Below, piece by piece: positions 45,691 to 53,548 of a stretch of 64,000 bases of DNA. The stretch is from sequence record OP595145.1. The stretch is one strand, 5' to 3'. Numbering within the stretch: the first letter of the stretch is position 1; each line of letters starts with the position of its first letter. Below the pieces are notes generated by a model. It did no database searches and was not told where the DNA came from. It saw only the letters and a program-made list of their open reading frames with translations. Position numbers and translations under genes: made by a program. The stretch comes from Escherichia phage vB_EcoM_DE16.

Positions 45691-45836
45691 AAAACCTCCT
45701 CGTAGTAAGGCAAAGCTTTGATTAACTGTTCTGAAGTGCCATTCTCTGTCCATGTAACCCCGTTGTCAAGAGAAACAAACCCTTTCTTATCGATAAATTT
45801 ACGGAGACAACCAGTGAACTTGTTTTTGTAGATCAT
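45687..45836 (-). CDS. hypothetical small protein (49 aa), not in supplied ORF track
   Basis: ATGA coupling at both ends; AAGGAAAG RBS; alternative to the 5' extension of track ORF 45430..45753. Confidence 0.3.
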   Translation of the reverse strand: MIYKNKFTGCLRKFIDKKGFVSLDNGVTWTENGTSEQLIKALPYYEEVL

Positions 45837-46267
45837 TTCTTCTTTCCTTTCTTTAATTTGTTGTGACCTTTACCCTTATAAAGCTTGTGATTACGAGCAG
45901 ACGGGTTATTTTGGTTCTCCAGTCGGCTAACAGGTGTATTCCAAAGGTTTCCTGCTACAAAAGATGCTGCCACAAGTTCTTCCAGGTATACAAAATCCAA
46001 AGCAGGTATCTTTGTTTCCCTCATCTCGCGTTCTACATTAGACAACACGCCTTCTTCCTTACTGTCTTCTTTTTCAATTACAGACCAACCCTCTTCCTGC
46101 CAAGCTTCCCCTCTGAACCAAGTTTCCATGTTATAACCTTGTTCGTCGAGAATAACACCATCTCGCATCTCAAACCATTCGCCACCACAAAAATGGCGGT
46201 GCTCAACACGTCTACCTTCCTTCATTGCTTCTTTAGCTTCGGGCCAAGTCAGTTTGATGTTTTGCAT
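45833..46267 (-). CDS. hypothetical protein with N-terminal region resembling DUF2829 (Tad2-like) proteins
   Basis: 144 aa; first gene of the leftward operon; N-terminal LTWPEAKEAMKEGRRV...GEWFEM; Lys-rich C-terminus; assignment tentative. Confidence 0.35.
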   Translation of the reverse strand: MQNIKLTWPEAKEAMKEGRRVEHRHFCGGEWFEMRDGVILDEQGYNMETWFRGEAWQEEGWSVIEKEDSKEEGVLSNVEREMRETKIPALDFVYLEELVAASFVAGNLWNTPVSRLENQNNPSARNHKLYKGKGHNKLKKGKKK

Positions 46268-46328
46268 TTGTTTTCTCCTTTTGTTTGGTAGGAGTTGATC
46301 TTAACAAGATTAAAAAGTATGTCAATAC

Positions 46329-46356
46329 TTGATCTGAAATTATTTTCAGGTATCAT
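46329..46356 (+). promoter_or_regulatory. candidate sigma70-like promoter for the rightward early operon
   Basis: TTGATC, 16-nt spacer, TATCAT; about 25 nt upstream of the first plus-strand early gene. Confidence 0.35.
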
Positions 46357-46381
46357 GTATGAACATTAACAAGAGAGGTAG

Positions 46382-46675
46382 ATGATGAACATTACTTTAG
46401 CAACTAAGAATATTTCTGAAACAATTAACGGTTTTGGTGTGATTGTAGCCTTGCACGGTAACAATGAGAAATGGTTGGCTTCTTTTGAAGAGGATCGTCA
46501 ACACAACATTATTTTAGATGCCCCTATAAAAGTTATGCATATCGTTGGTGAAAGCAAAGTGCTCACTTCCTCCCGTTCAAAAGAACAAATTACAAATGAA
46601 TTAGTAAAACTGCTTGACAATGTTCTTAACATGTTTGATAATGCACCCATCGATACAAAACGTGTCTTAATGTGA
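46382..46675 (+). CDS. hypothetical early protein
   Basis: 97 aa; AGAGAGG RBS. Confidence 0.4.
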   Translation: MMNITLATKNISETINGFGVIVALHGNNEKWLASFEEDRQHNIILDAPIKVMHIVGESKVLTSSRSKEQITNELVKLLDNVLNMFDNAPIDTKRVLM

Positions 46676-46687
46676 GAGGAGAACAAA

Positions 46688-46975
46688 ATGTACTATTCAC
46701 AAGACGAAGTAGCAAACATTAAACTGGCAGTGGGAGATCTTATTGTGTCACCTAACTACTATTGGGATAACACAGATTTGGTTGAAGTAGTAACCCATGT
46801 TGGAGTTGAAGGTATTGTGCTCTACACACTAGGTGGAGGTGTTGTTGGGGAAATGGAACGTTATACGACAACGAAGAAACTGGTAAGCTCTTATCACATG
46901 TTTTTACACCAAGGTTCGGAAGAGTATACAGCTTTCTTGTTGAAATTAGATGCAGATCGGGAGAAGGCACGATGA
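46688..46975 (+). CDS. hypothetical early protein
   Basis: 95 aa; GAGGAG RBS. Confidence 0.4.
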   Translation: MYYSQDEVANIKLAVGDLIVSPNYYWDNTDLVEVVTHVGVEGIVLYTLGGGVVGEMERYTTTKKLVSSYHMFLHQGSEEYTAFLLKLDADREKAR

Positions 46976-47328
46976 AAATTGTACACGATGAAATTCAAAT
47001 AGAAGAAAGTGACCTGATGGATTTGGATGCAGCTTTGGGGAAGGTAATCTATGCAGGAATTAAAGCCTTCCGTGAGAAGGCAAACAATAGCACGTTTGTC
47101 ATGATCCCCACTAAACTGATGCGTGTTTTGTATCCAAATAGAAGTGCGCCGTATACAGATGAAGAAGAGGAGACAGGTAGAAGAGAGTGGTTAAATATTT
47201 TAGAAAAGATGGAGAATGCTTTTATTGATAGTGGTAATCCAGAAATCGTGTATGCTCAAGATCAAAGGAAGGCACGATTAGAGGGCCGTCTTTTATTCGC
47301 TAGTTATTTTGATAATCTTTGGAGCTAA
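46972..47328 (+). CDS. hypothetical early protein
   Basis: 118 aa; ATGA overlap with upstream gene. Confidence 0.4.
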   Translation: MKIVHDEIQIEESDLMDLDAALGKVIYAGIKAFREKANNSTFVMIPTKLMRVLYPNRSAPYTDEEEETGRREWLNILEKMENAFIDSGNPEIVYAQDQRKARLEGRLLFASYFDNLWS

Positions 47329-47330
47329 AT

Positions 47331-47507
47331 ATGTCTGAATTCTTCACAATGGTTTTCTTAGGGATCTATCTGATTATTAGTGCTGTTGGCTTAATCATGT
47401 CTCTAATAGAGGAAATGGGAATTAAGTGGAATTGTGCATTCGGTATAGCTCTTATGCTCACTCCAGTTTGGATCTACATTTGCAAATCGGTTGAACTAAT
47501 TGGTTAA
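47331..47507 (+). CDS. small membrane protein
   Basis: Track ORF trimmed to ATG; 58 aa; two hydrophobic helices. Confidence 0.35.
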   Translation: MSEFFTMVFLGIYLIISAVGLIMSLIEEMGIKWNCAFGIALMLTPVWIYICKSVELIG

Positions 47508-47517
47508 TGGAGGTAAT

Positions 47518-47856
47518 ATGTTTAGTAAAGAAATGAGAGAGGTGATCGCTACTCTGGTAGTTGATCATGGTGTTGAAGTTGAGCGTCACGTTTGGAAAGA
47601 TGAGCCTCCTTTCTTTGATTTGGCATCACGGGCTAAAAGTCACATGTATCTCCTTGAAGATGATAAGGATTTTATTCTGCGTATGCGTTATGATCGAGAG
47701 TTTAGAATTCCTCTTGACACAGATCCTGATGATGTAGTATTGTGGTTGGCAGAGCATTTCGCATTTAACGCTCTACATGGAAGAAGTTTTGGTAATGAAC
47801 GTTGGGATACCATTTGTCGTAAACATAATATTGAACCAGAATACGGGAGTATGTAA
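47518..47856 (+). CDS. hypothetical early protein
   Basis: Track ORF (TTG) trimmed to ATG after GGAGG. Confidence 0.4.
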   Translation: MFSKEMREVIATLVVDHGVEVERHVWKDEPPFFDLASRAKSHMYLLEDDKDFILRMRYDREFRIPLDTDPDDVVLWLAEHFAFNALHGRSFGNERWDTICRKHNIEPEYGSM

Positions 47857-48107
47857 TGTTAAGTATCAAACCTAAAATGATTACTGAAGATCAAAAAGAT
47901 TACATTTATAAATGTGGTCGGGTGTGGAAAGAATACACTAAAGGTAATGAAGTTATTGTAGTTACGGAACATACTATTTCTTTATCAGATCTTTTTGGGG
48001 ATTATTTGCAAGTCATTAAAATTGGTATTGACAGAGGTTTGGTGCAGGTGTTAACATTATCCCAAGTTGAAGCAGAACACTTAGACAAAATCATTGTCGA
48101 GTTCTAA
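47856..48107 (+). CDS. hypothetical early protein
   Basis: 83 aa; TAATG coupling. Confidence 0.4.
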   Translation: MLSIKPKMITEDQKDYIYKCGRVWKEYTKGNEVIVVTEHTISLSDLFGDYLQVIKIGIDRGLVQVLTLSQVEAEHLDKIIVEF

Positions 48108-48120
48108 GAGGAGAAAGAAT

Positions 48121-48285
48121 ATGATCTCTTTAGAATCAATAGCTTTTAAGAAGGGGTATACCGCAGGGTTCAAGTTTGGTATGTTTAATAAAGTAAATCC
48201 ATATTGTCCAATGACACACAAAAAGGAATTCGAAGAATGGGAAGATGGATTTTCTAAAGGCTATCAGGCAAAAGGTTGGTTGTAA
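48121..48285 (+). CDS. hypothetical small protein
   Basis: Track ORF trimmed to ATG after AAGAGGAG; 54 aa. Confidence 0.35.
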   Translation: MISLESIAFKKGYTAGFKFGMFNKVNPYCPMTHKKEFEEWEDGFSKGYQAKGWL

Positions 48286-48294
48286 GGAGAGAAT

Positions 48295-48459
48295 ATGATT
48301 TTAAACTTCATCATCAACTTGTGTTTGACATTGGGATTACTCTGTGCAATAGTATCCCCTCTGGTTGGTGAATATTGTTCTGAACTGGCGATGTTTATAG
48401 TTCTTGGTGCGGCTATTGCTAATATGTTTGTCGCTGCGATTTGTATGTTGTGGGAATAG
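48295..48459 (+). CDS. small membrane protein (54 aa), not in supplied ORF track
   Basis: TAAGGAGAG RBS; two hydrophobic segments. Confidence 0.35.
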   Translation: MILNFIINLCLTLGLLCAIVSPLVGEYCSELAMFIVLGAAIANMFVAAICMLWE

Positions 48460-48470
48460 GAGGGAAGTTT

Positions 48471-48827
48471 ATGAAAAAACTAATCTTAGCCACATTGCTG
48501 GCTACCGTAAGCTTCACCACTTACGCTCAAAAATTTGTAGCAGTTAAAACGGATATTGGTAAAGATGTTGTGATCACAGGCAACAAATTTTACTATACAC
48601 CTGGAAATGGTGTTCTAGAAGAGTGCAAAGATGTTGAGGCATATACAGGAAAAGAAGATAACACGGAACGTCCTTTTTATTCGATTATAGCTACTTGCAA
48701 AAATGAAATAGTAGCTATTAAACAATACAAAGATGCCCCTGGAGGAGAGTACTTATTAGTCAAGAATATTAAGAGTGAAAAAACTGCAAAGTTTACAGTA
48801 ATTATTTTAAAAGGAGAAACGTTCTAA
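48471..48827 (+). CDS. secreted protein with signal peptide
   Basis: Track ORF trimmed to ATG after GGAGGGAAG; MKKLILATLLATVSFTTYAQ. Confidence 0.4.
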   Translation: MKKLILATLLATVSFTTYAQKFVAVKTDIGKDVVITGNKFYYTPGNGVLEECKDVEAYTGKEDNTERPFYSIIATCKNEIVAIKQYKDAPGGEYLLVKNIKSEKTAKFTVIILKGETF

Positions 48828-49966
48828 TGAAATACACTATTTTTGGAGATGTAGCTGTTGTAAATAAGGAATATGGCGTTGAAGCTAATAAACTTCCTGC
48901 TGGAGTTTGGGTTGTCAACTGCGATCCGCACGGTAACTACTCTTTAGCGCGTGGCGAAAGTTTCTCTCTTCCGAACACTCTTTATGGGGAAACTAAAGAT
49001 CGCGCCGCACATGTTATTAAAACATTTGCTCGTCGTAGTAAAGAAGGTAAAAATACTGGGGTGTTACTGACAGGCACAAAAGGTAGTGGTAAGACGATGT
49101 TAGCTAAACTAATTAGCATGTCCCTAATGTCCACAGAAGGTTTAGGTATTCCAACCATTTTGGTTACACAGCCTTACACAGATGCTGGATTCTTAGAATT
49201 TATGAGTAAAATTACAGATCGTGCTGTTGTTTTATTTGACGAATTTGATAAAGTGTATGCTAAGAAAGAAGATCAGGAAGCACTGTTGACCTTGTTGGAT
49301 GGAACAGGAAGTGGGAATAAACTTTACATCCTCACTAAAAATAGTGGCTATATCTCGGAATATTTTGTAAACCGTCCTAGTCGTATTTATTACAGTTTCA
49401 ATTACGATAAACTGTCTAGTGAAACTATGTTAGATTACTTGGATAAGAACTTGGTAAATAAAAAGCACGTAGATAACTTCCAACGTTTATGGGATGTTAG
49501 CACAGAGCTGTCTTTCGATGTTATTCAAGGCATTGTAGAAGAATTGAATTTCTATCCAAAAATGACTTTTAAAGAATGTCTTGAAATGATGGGTATTTCT
49601 TTAGGCAACGATGCTAAATGGAATGTGGCTTCTATCGTAGCTAATGGCAAAACCCTGAAGGTGAATTGGATCAATAACTGGCACGACTTCACCCCTACTA
49701 AGTTTTTGTCGGGTTCTTGTTCCCTGAACATCTATCTGCAAAGCTTGAAAGATGATGAAGTGGAAGCAATGGAAACCAACAGTTATGTTATCCTGGATGA
49801 AGATGGCGATCCACATATTGATCTGTGTGCAACTGCTGATGGTCTAACTTGTGATCTGATTGAAGGTGGTAAGATTCTGGTGATGAGCACTACACCAGGA
49901 AACACTCTGCGAGTGGTGCTGGAGCCTGTAACACAACGTTCCACTACACTGGGTAGCGTGTTCTGA
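48827..49966 (+). CDS. AAA+/P-loop ATPase
   Basis: 379 aa; Walker A GTKGSGKT; Walker B VVLFDEFD. Confidence 0.55.
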   Translation: MKYTIFGDVAVVNKEYGVEANKLPAGVWVVNCDPHGNYSLARGESFSLPNTLYGETKDRAAHVIKTFARRSKEGKNTGVLLTGTKGSGKTMLAKLISMSLMSTEGLGIPTILVTQPYTDAGFLEFMSKITDRAVVLFDEFDKVYAKKEDQEALLTLLDGTGSGNKLYILTKNSGYISEYFVNRPSRIYYSFNYDKLSSETMLDYLDKNLVNKKHVDNFQRLWDVSTELSFDVIQGIVEELNFYPKMTFKECLEMMGISLGNDAKWNVASIVANGKTLKVNWINNWHDFTPTKFLSGSCSLNIYLQSLKDDEVEAMETNSYVILDEDGDPHIDLCATADGLTCDLIEGGKILVMSTTPGNTLRVVLEPVTQRSTTLGSVF

Positions 49967-49982
49967 TACAGCACAAATAACT

Positions 49983-50008
49983 AAACCCGCTTCGGCGGGT
50001 TTTGTTAT
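49983..50008 (+). terminator. rho-independent terminator
   Basis: AAACCCGC-TTCG-GCGGGTTT hairpin followed by TGTTAT. Confidence 0.7.
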
Positions 50009-50046
50009 ATTGACTTCAGACTTATAGGGAGAGAGGATAGATAAAG

Positions 50047-51249
50047 ATGGCGAAGACGTTAGAACAGTATATAGGAGAATGTAAACCAATAGCGGAAGCT
50101 AAAGGATATGAGATTATAGGGATTGTAGAGCCATTTAAAGGTGTGCACACGAAGATGATCAACTTCTGCCCTAATCATGGGGAGTGGAGAACATCCACAT
50201 TTGCCAATTTTAAACGTGGTAAGTCTGGTTGCCCTGGGTGCAAAAATGAGAAAGCAAGACAAGACAACAGTAAAAACCTAGATTATTACCTTTCGGAATG
50301 TAAGCCTATTGCTGAAGCTAAGGGAATCGAGATTTTAGGCATTAATGGAGAGTTTATAGGTGTACATACAAAGATGATCAACCTTTGTCCTGAGCACGGG
50401 GAATGGCGAACATTAACATTTCATAATCTTAAGGGTGGTAGTGGTTGTCCTAAATGCGGTAACAAAAGATCTAGGAATTCTAAAATACTCCCAGACGATC
50501 AGCACATACAAGACTTCATTAATACAGGAAAGTTTAAAGAGGGTACAATCTTCACTAAAACAGATAAAAAACGAGGCCGCGATTCTTTATGGTGTGTAGA
50601 GTGTCCTACCTGCTCTCACGATGAGTATGTGCAAGCTGGGGTGTGTGATGGTAAGTTTTATGTCGCAGGGAATGACCTTAAACAAGGGAAGATTCCTTGC
50701 CGTTGTGCAACTAACTGTCATTACACAGAAGCCCAGATTACCTATAGGGTAAAAAAGGCAGTAGAAAGGAAAGGGTATATCTGGGTAGGTTGGATCGGGA
50801 AACCGTCTGTAAGATTAGGTAAGTTTAAATATGGATGTAAGAAACATGGGGTACAAATAGGACGTGCCAGTGGTTTGTTAAATCATGGCACTGGTTGTCC
50901 GCAATGTGCTAACCAGACACAACAACAATGTTACATTAACCACATTCATGATGAACAAGGTATTCTCTGTGCTTTGAAATTTGGAATTGCCAATAATAGT
51001 GATCGCCGTATCAAAAAACAAAATAGTCGTAATGTGTTTACTATGAAACAGGTCCAAGTGTGGCACTTCCCTACTGTGAAGCAATGCAAAGATGCAGAGA
51101 AGCGTTGTAAGCGTGTCCTTCACACGGAAGCAGTGAGCAAATATGCTATGCCAGATGGCTACACAGAAACAGTAGAGTTATCTTGCATGGCCTCAATACA
51201 AAACATTTATAAACTTTATGGTGGAACATTACAGGAGGAAACATGTTAG
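50047..51249 (+). CDS. Cys/His-rich protein with tandem ~55-aa zinc-ribbon-like repeats
   Basis: 400 aa; two near-identical modules (ECKPIAEAKG...GVHTKMIN-x-CP-x-HGEWRT-x-TF...GCP-x-CxN) plus further CxxC/CP-x-C pairs. Confidence 0.5.
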   Translation: MAKTLEQYIGECKPIAEAKGYEIIGIVEPFKGVHTKMINFCPNHGEWRTSTFANFKRGKSGCPGCKNEKARQDNSKNLDYYLSECKPIAEAKGIEILGINGEFIGVHTKMINLCPEHGEWRTLTFHNLKGGSGCPKCGNKRSRNSKILPDDQHIQDFINTGKFKEGTIFTKTDKKRGRDSLWCVECPTCSHDEYVQAGVCDGKFYVAGNDLKQGKIPCRCATNCHYTEAQITYRVKKAVERKGYIWVGWIGKPSVRLGKFKYGCKKHGVQIGRASGLLNHGTGCPQCANQTQQQCYINHIHDEQGILCALKFGIANNSDRRIKKQNSRNVFTMKQVQVWHFPTVKQCKDAEKRCKRVLHTEAVSKYAMPDGYTETVELSCMASIQNIYKLYGGTLQEETC

Positions 51250-51608
51250 TTGACGTTCAAATTATGCGCAATGAAAGGATGGATTTCTTTGAAGCAGTAG
51301 AGGAACATCTGATTCGATGGGATTATGAATTTGTTCCTGCTGGATGTGGACCAGTAGAGCATTTAGCGGAAGACGATGATGTATACATGATCATTCGTCA
51401 AGTGTACCAGACAGACCAGTGTGAAGAAACTCCCGAACTGATTTTGTTTGAGTGTAAAGATCTTGCAAAATATTTTGACTATGGCGGAAAAGAGGGTCAT
51501 AATCTCTCCAGATACAATAAACGTCTACTTATCTTAGACTACATGCGGAACAACAAACACAAACTCATCGACGCAGACGCAGTTTATGGCTACTGGTGGA
51601 TGGACTAA
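51243..51608 (+). CDS. hypothetical early protein
   Basis: 121 aa; start overlaps upstream gene. Confidence 0.4.
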   Translation: MLVDVQIMRNERMDFFEAVEEHLIRWDYEFVPAGCGPVEHLAEDDDVYMIIRQVYQTDQCEETPELILFECKDLAKYFDYGGKEGHNLSRYNKRLLILDYMRNNKHKLIDADAVYGYWWMD

Positions 51609-51621
51609 CAAAGGAGAAATT

Positions 51622-51801
51622 ATGGCACGTTTAGCAGATCATGAAATCTTTAAACCTATTCTGAACCACTATGATGAACTTAAAGCAGTGTTGGATTGTT
51701 ATAGAGAGGATGAAGAACGTTTGGAAGTCAATCTTAAGATAGTTCTGATGAAAGCTTTTCAAGACGGGCAAGCTAAAGTTTTAGAAGGCATGAAAAAATG
51801 A
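51622..51801 (+). CDS. hypothetical small protein
   Basis: Track ORF trimmed to ATG after AAAGGAG; 59 aa. Confidence 0.35.
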   Translation: MARLADHEIFKPILNHYDELKAVLDCYREDEERLEVNLKIVLMKAFQDGQAKVLEGMKK

Positions 51802-52340
51802 GAATAACTGATGAATATGTATTCTTCTTTTCACATAAAGATGTGTTTAGTAATTGGTATATTGCACCCTTTACAGAAACTGAACCAGGTTACAATGAGA
51901 CTTTCTGTTGTGTTGAGCAATATATGATGTGGCGTAAGGCTTTGCTGTTCAAGGATCATGCGATTGCAGCAGCTATCCTTGATCACTCGACTATACGTGA
52001 CAACGAGAGGAAACAAGCTTATTACAAACGTATGGGTAGGGCAGTGTCGGATTTTGATAACAACGTATGGGAAGAGAACCGTGAGCGTATTGTTATGCGA
52101 GGTTTATGCTTGAAATATGTACAGAATCCAGATTTGTATGCAGACTTACACCTTTACCAATACAAAACGTTTGTTGAAGCAAGCCCCTACGATAAGGTTT
52201 ACGGAATTGGAATGGGGATGTATGAACCAGGGGTGCTAAACCCTGCCACCTGGAAAGGGCAGAATCTTTTAGGCAAATATCATAATAAACTGATCGAAAT
52301 ACTTTTCCCAGACAAAATACCGCAAAGACGATATTTGTGA
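51798..52340 (+). CDS. NADAR (YbiA-like) domain protein
   Basis: 180 aa; FFFS...FSNWY, FCCVEQYMMWRKALLF, ASPYDKVYGIGMG follow the NADAR pattern. Confidence 0.55.
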   Translation: MRITDEYVFFFSHKDVFSNWYIAPFTETEPGYNETFCCVEQYMMWRKALLFKDHAIAAAILDHSTIRDNERKQAYYKRMGRAVSDFDNNVWEENRERIVMRGLCLKYVQNPDLYADLHLYQYKTFVEASPYDKVYGIGMGMYEPGVLNPATWKGQNLLGKYHNKLIEILFPDKIPQRRYL

Positions 52341-52395
52341 TATTTTAACTTTTTTCATTTTTAGAACAAAGGTGTCACTTTGTAGCACAGAAATA

Positions 52396-52430
52396 AGGCT
52401 CCTACAGCACCGTAGAGAGCCTATTATTTT
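52396..52430 (+). terminator. terminator-like hairpin after the NADAR gene
   Basis: AGGCTCCTAC-AGCACC-GTAGAGAGCCT imperfect stem followed by ATTATTTT. Confidence 0.45.
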
Positions 52431-52581
52431 GTCCTATACAAACCTTGTCTTTTTCAGTTTGCATCACTAGGATTCGATCTGAGTGGGTTCCTGAAGGTCT
52501 GCCAATAAGATTAAAGGTTATCTCAAATTCCCATTACCTATTATCTCAAAAATCCCTCAAATTATTTAAACTTTTTAAGAA

Positions 52582-52758
52582 TTTACAAAAGTGAAAGTTG
52601 AAAACCAAAATTTAAAGTTTAGGAAAATTATCTTAAAATGTTAGATACAAAACAAAACTCAAAAGTCAAGGAAAATTTTAAAAATTTTGCGCGCCCACAG
52701 TATTTAAAGTTTTTTTGCTTTTACAAAAATGAAAGTACAAAAGCAAAATTTAAAGTTT
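52582..52758. repeat. AT-rich direct repeats (two ~39-bp copies) with embedded TTTAAAGTTT near-palindromes
   Basis: TTTACAAAAGTGAAAGTTGAAAACCAAAATTTAAAGTTT (52582-52620) vs TTTACAAAAATGAAAGTACAAAAGCAAAATTTAAAGTTT (52720-52758). Confidence 0.6.
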
Positions 52759-52807
52759 ACAAAAATTTATGCAGGTGGGAATGAGAAGAGTTCTCATGTG
52801 GAAATGC

Positions 52808-52886
52808 AAATGATAATGATTCGCATTTAGGTTTATAAATGAGATTGATTCTTATTCAATAAGGTAAATGATAATCATTCTCATTT
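52808..52886. promoter_or_regulatory. two Fur-box-like palindromic operators
   Basis: AAATGATAATGATTCGCATTT (52808-52828) and AAATGATAATCATTCTCATTT (52866-52886) vs Fur consensus GATAATGATAATCATTATC; also palindrome AATGAGAAGAGTTCTCATG at ~52779-52797. Confidence 0.45.
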
Positions 52887-53117
52887 AGAGAATGACGCGC
52901 AGGGGCGGTGTTTGTCTCGCGCTCCCGTGTCCCCTCGCCATGTAATAAGAATAACAGATCCAGCCAGGAAAGCAAGCGATTATTTTATCTTTACATTTCT
53001 TTACAAATATATAGCGCCCAGCCTACCGGCGATCAACCTTCCAACCAGCGCCCTGGTATGTTAGCCCCGCCTTTACGCCGTGGGGTGGCGCTTCCTCTTC
53101 TGTATGTAAAACAGTAT

Positions 53118-53160
53118 AAGCCCGATCCCTGGGCTTGTCAAGATTATTTTTTGTTTTCTT
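53118..53160 (+). terminator. terminator-like hairpin at the end of the GC-rich island
   Basis: AAGCCC-GATCCCT-GGGCTT stem then TTTTTTGTTTTCTT 10 nt downstream. Confidence 0.3.
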
Positions 53161-53519
53161 GCCAGGATAGGACACCTAACCAAAAATGCATATCGCCCCG
53201 CGCCCCTGGTGGGATCTTGCTTTCCCCGCCGCCACTGCAAGCCCATAAATAACCATCAGCGAACGGATCAAAGTTTTCTATTTCTTCCACCTTATGATCG
53301 CCCAGGTTGAGAACGGTTTCAACCTTTAAGCCCGTTGCGCTTGCTACCTGGTGCACCGTGCCGCCTTGCCAGCCCAATGAGTGCATAAGGTGTAATGTAG
53401 TATTTGTCATGGTATCGCCCTTTCTTTGTTGTGCGCCCTGGTTGGCGCGGTAGAAAGATGATAGCCGTTTCCTTCATATACAGCAAGCAAAAAGAAAATA
53501 AAAAAGATTGAAAAAGTGG

Positions 53520-53548
53520 TTGACGTTCCTCACCTGGTAGCGTAGTAT
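53520..53548 (+). promoter_or_regulatory. sigma70-like promoter with long leader
   Basis: TTGACG, 17 nt, TAGTAT; ~135-nt leader before ATG 53683. Confidence 0.4.

Noticed and set aside
52440-52520. Possible tRNA gene or tRNA-derived attachment site (GGATTCGATC resembling a T-loop)
   Set aside because: No acceptor/T-stem pairing or cloverleaf could be built by hand on either strand; no integrase nearby; no computational tRNA scan was possible
52908-53252. Track ORF of 114 aa on the plus strand of the GC-rich island
   Set aside because: Low-complexity Pro/Ser/Arg-rich translation typical of a random open frame in GC-rich DNA; no RBS; better explained as noncoding RNA or antisense of another ORF
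53144-53410. An 88-aa minus-strand ORF in the GC-rich island as a confident gene
   Set aside because: Not called as a feature because its C-terminal codons coincide with the plus-strand T-run of a terminator-like hairpin and GC-rich DNA yields long open frames by chance; kept only as an alternative in the findings
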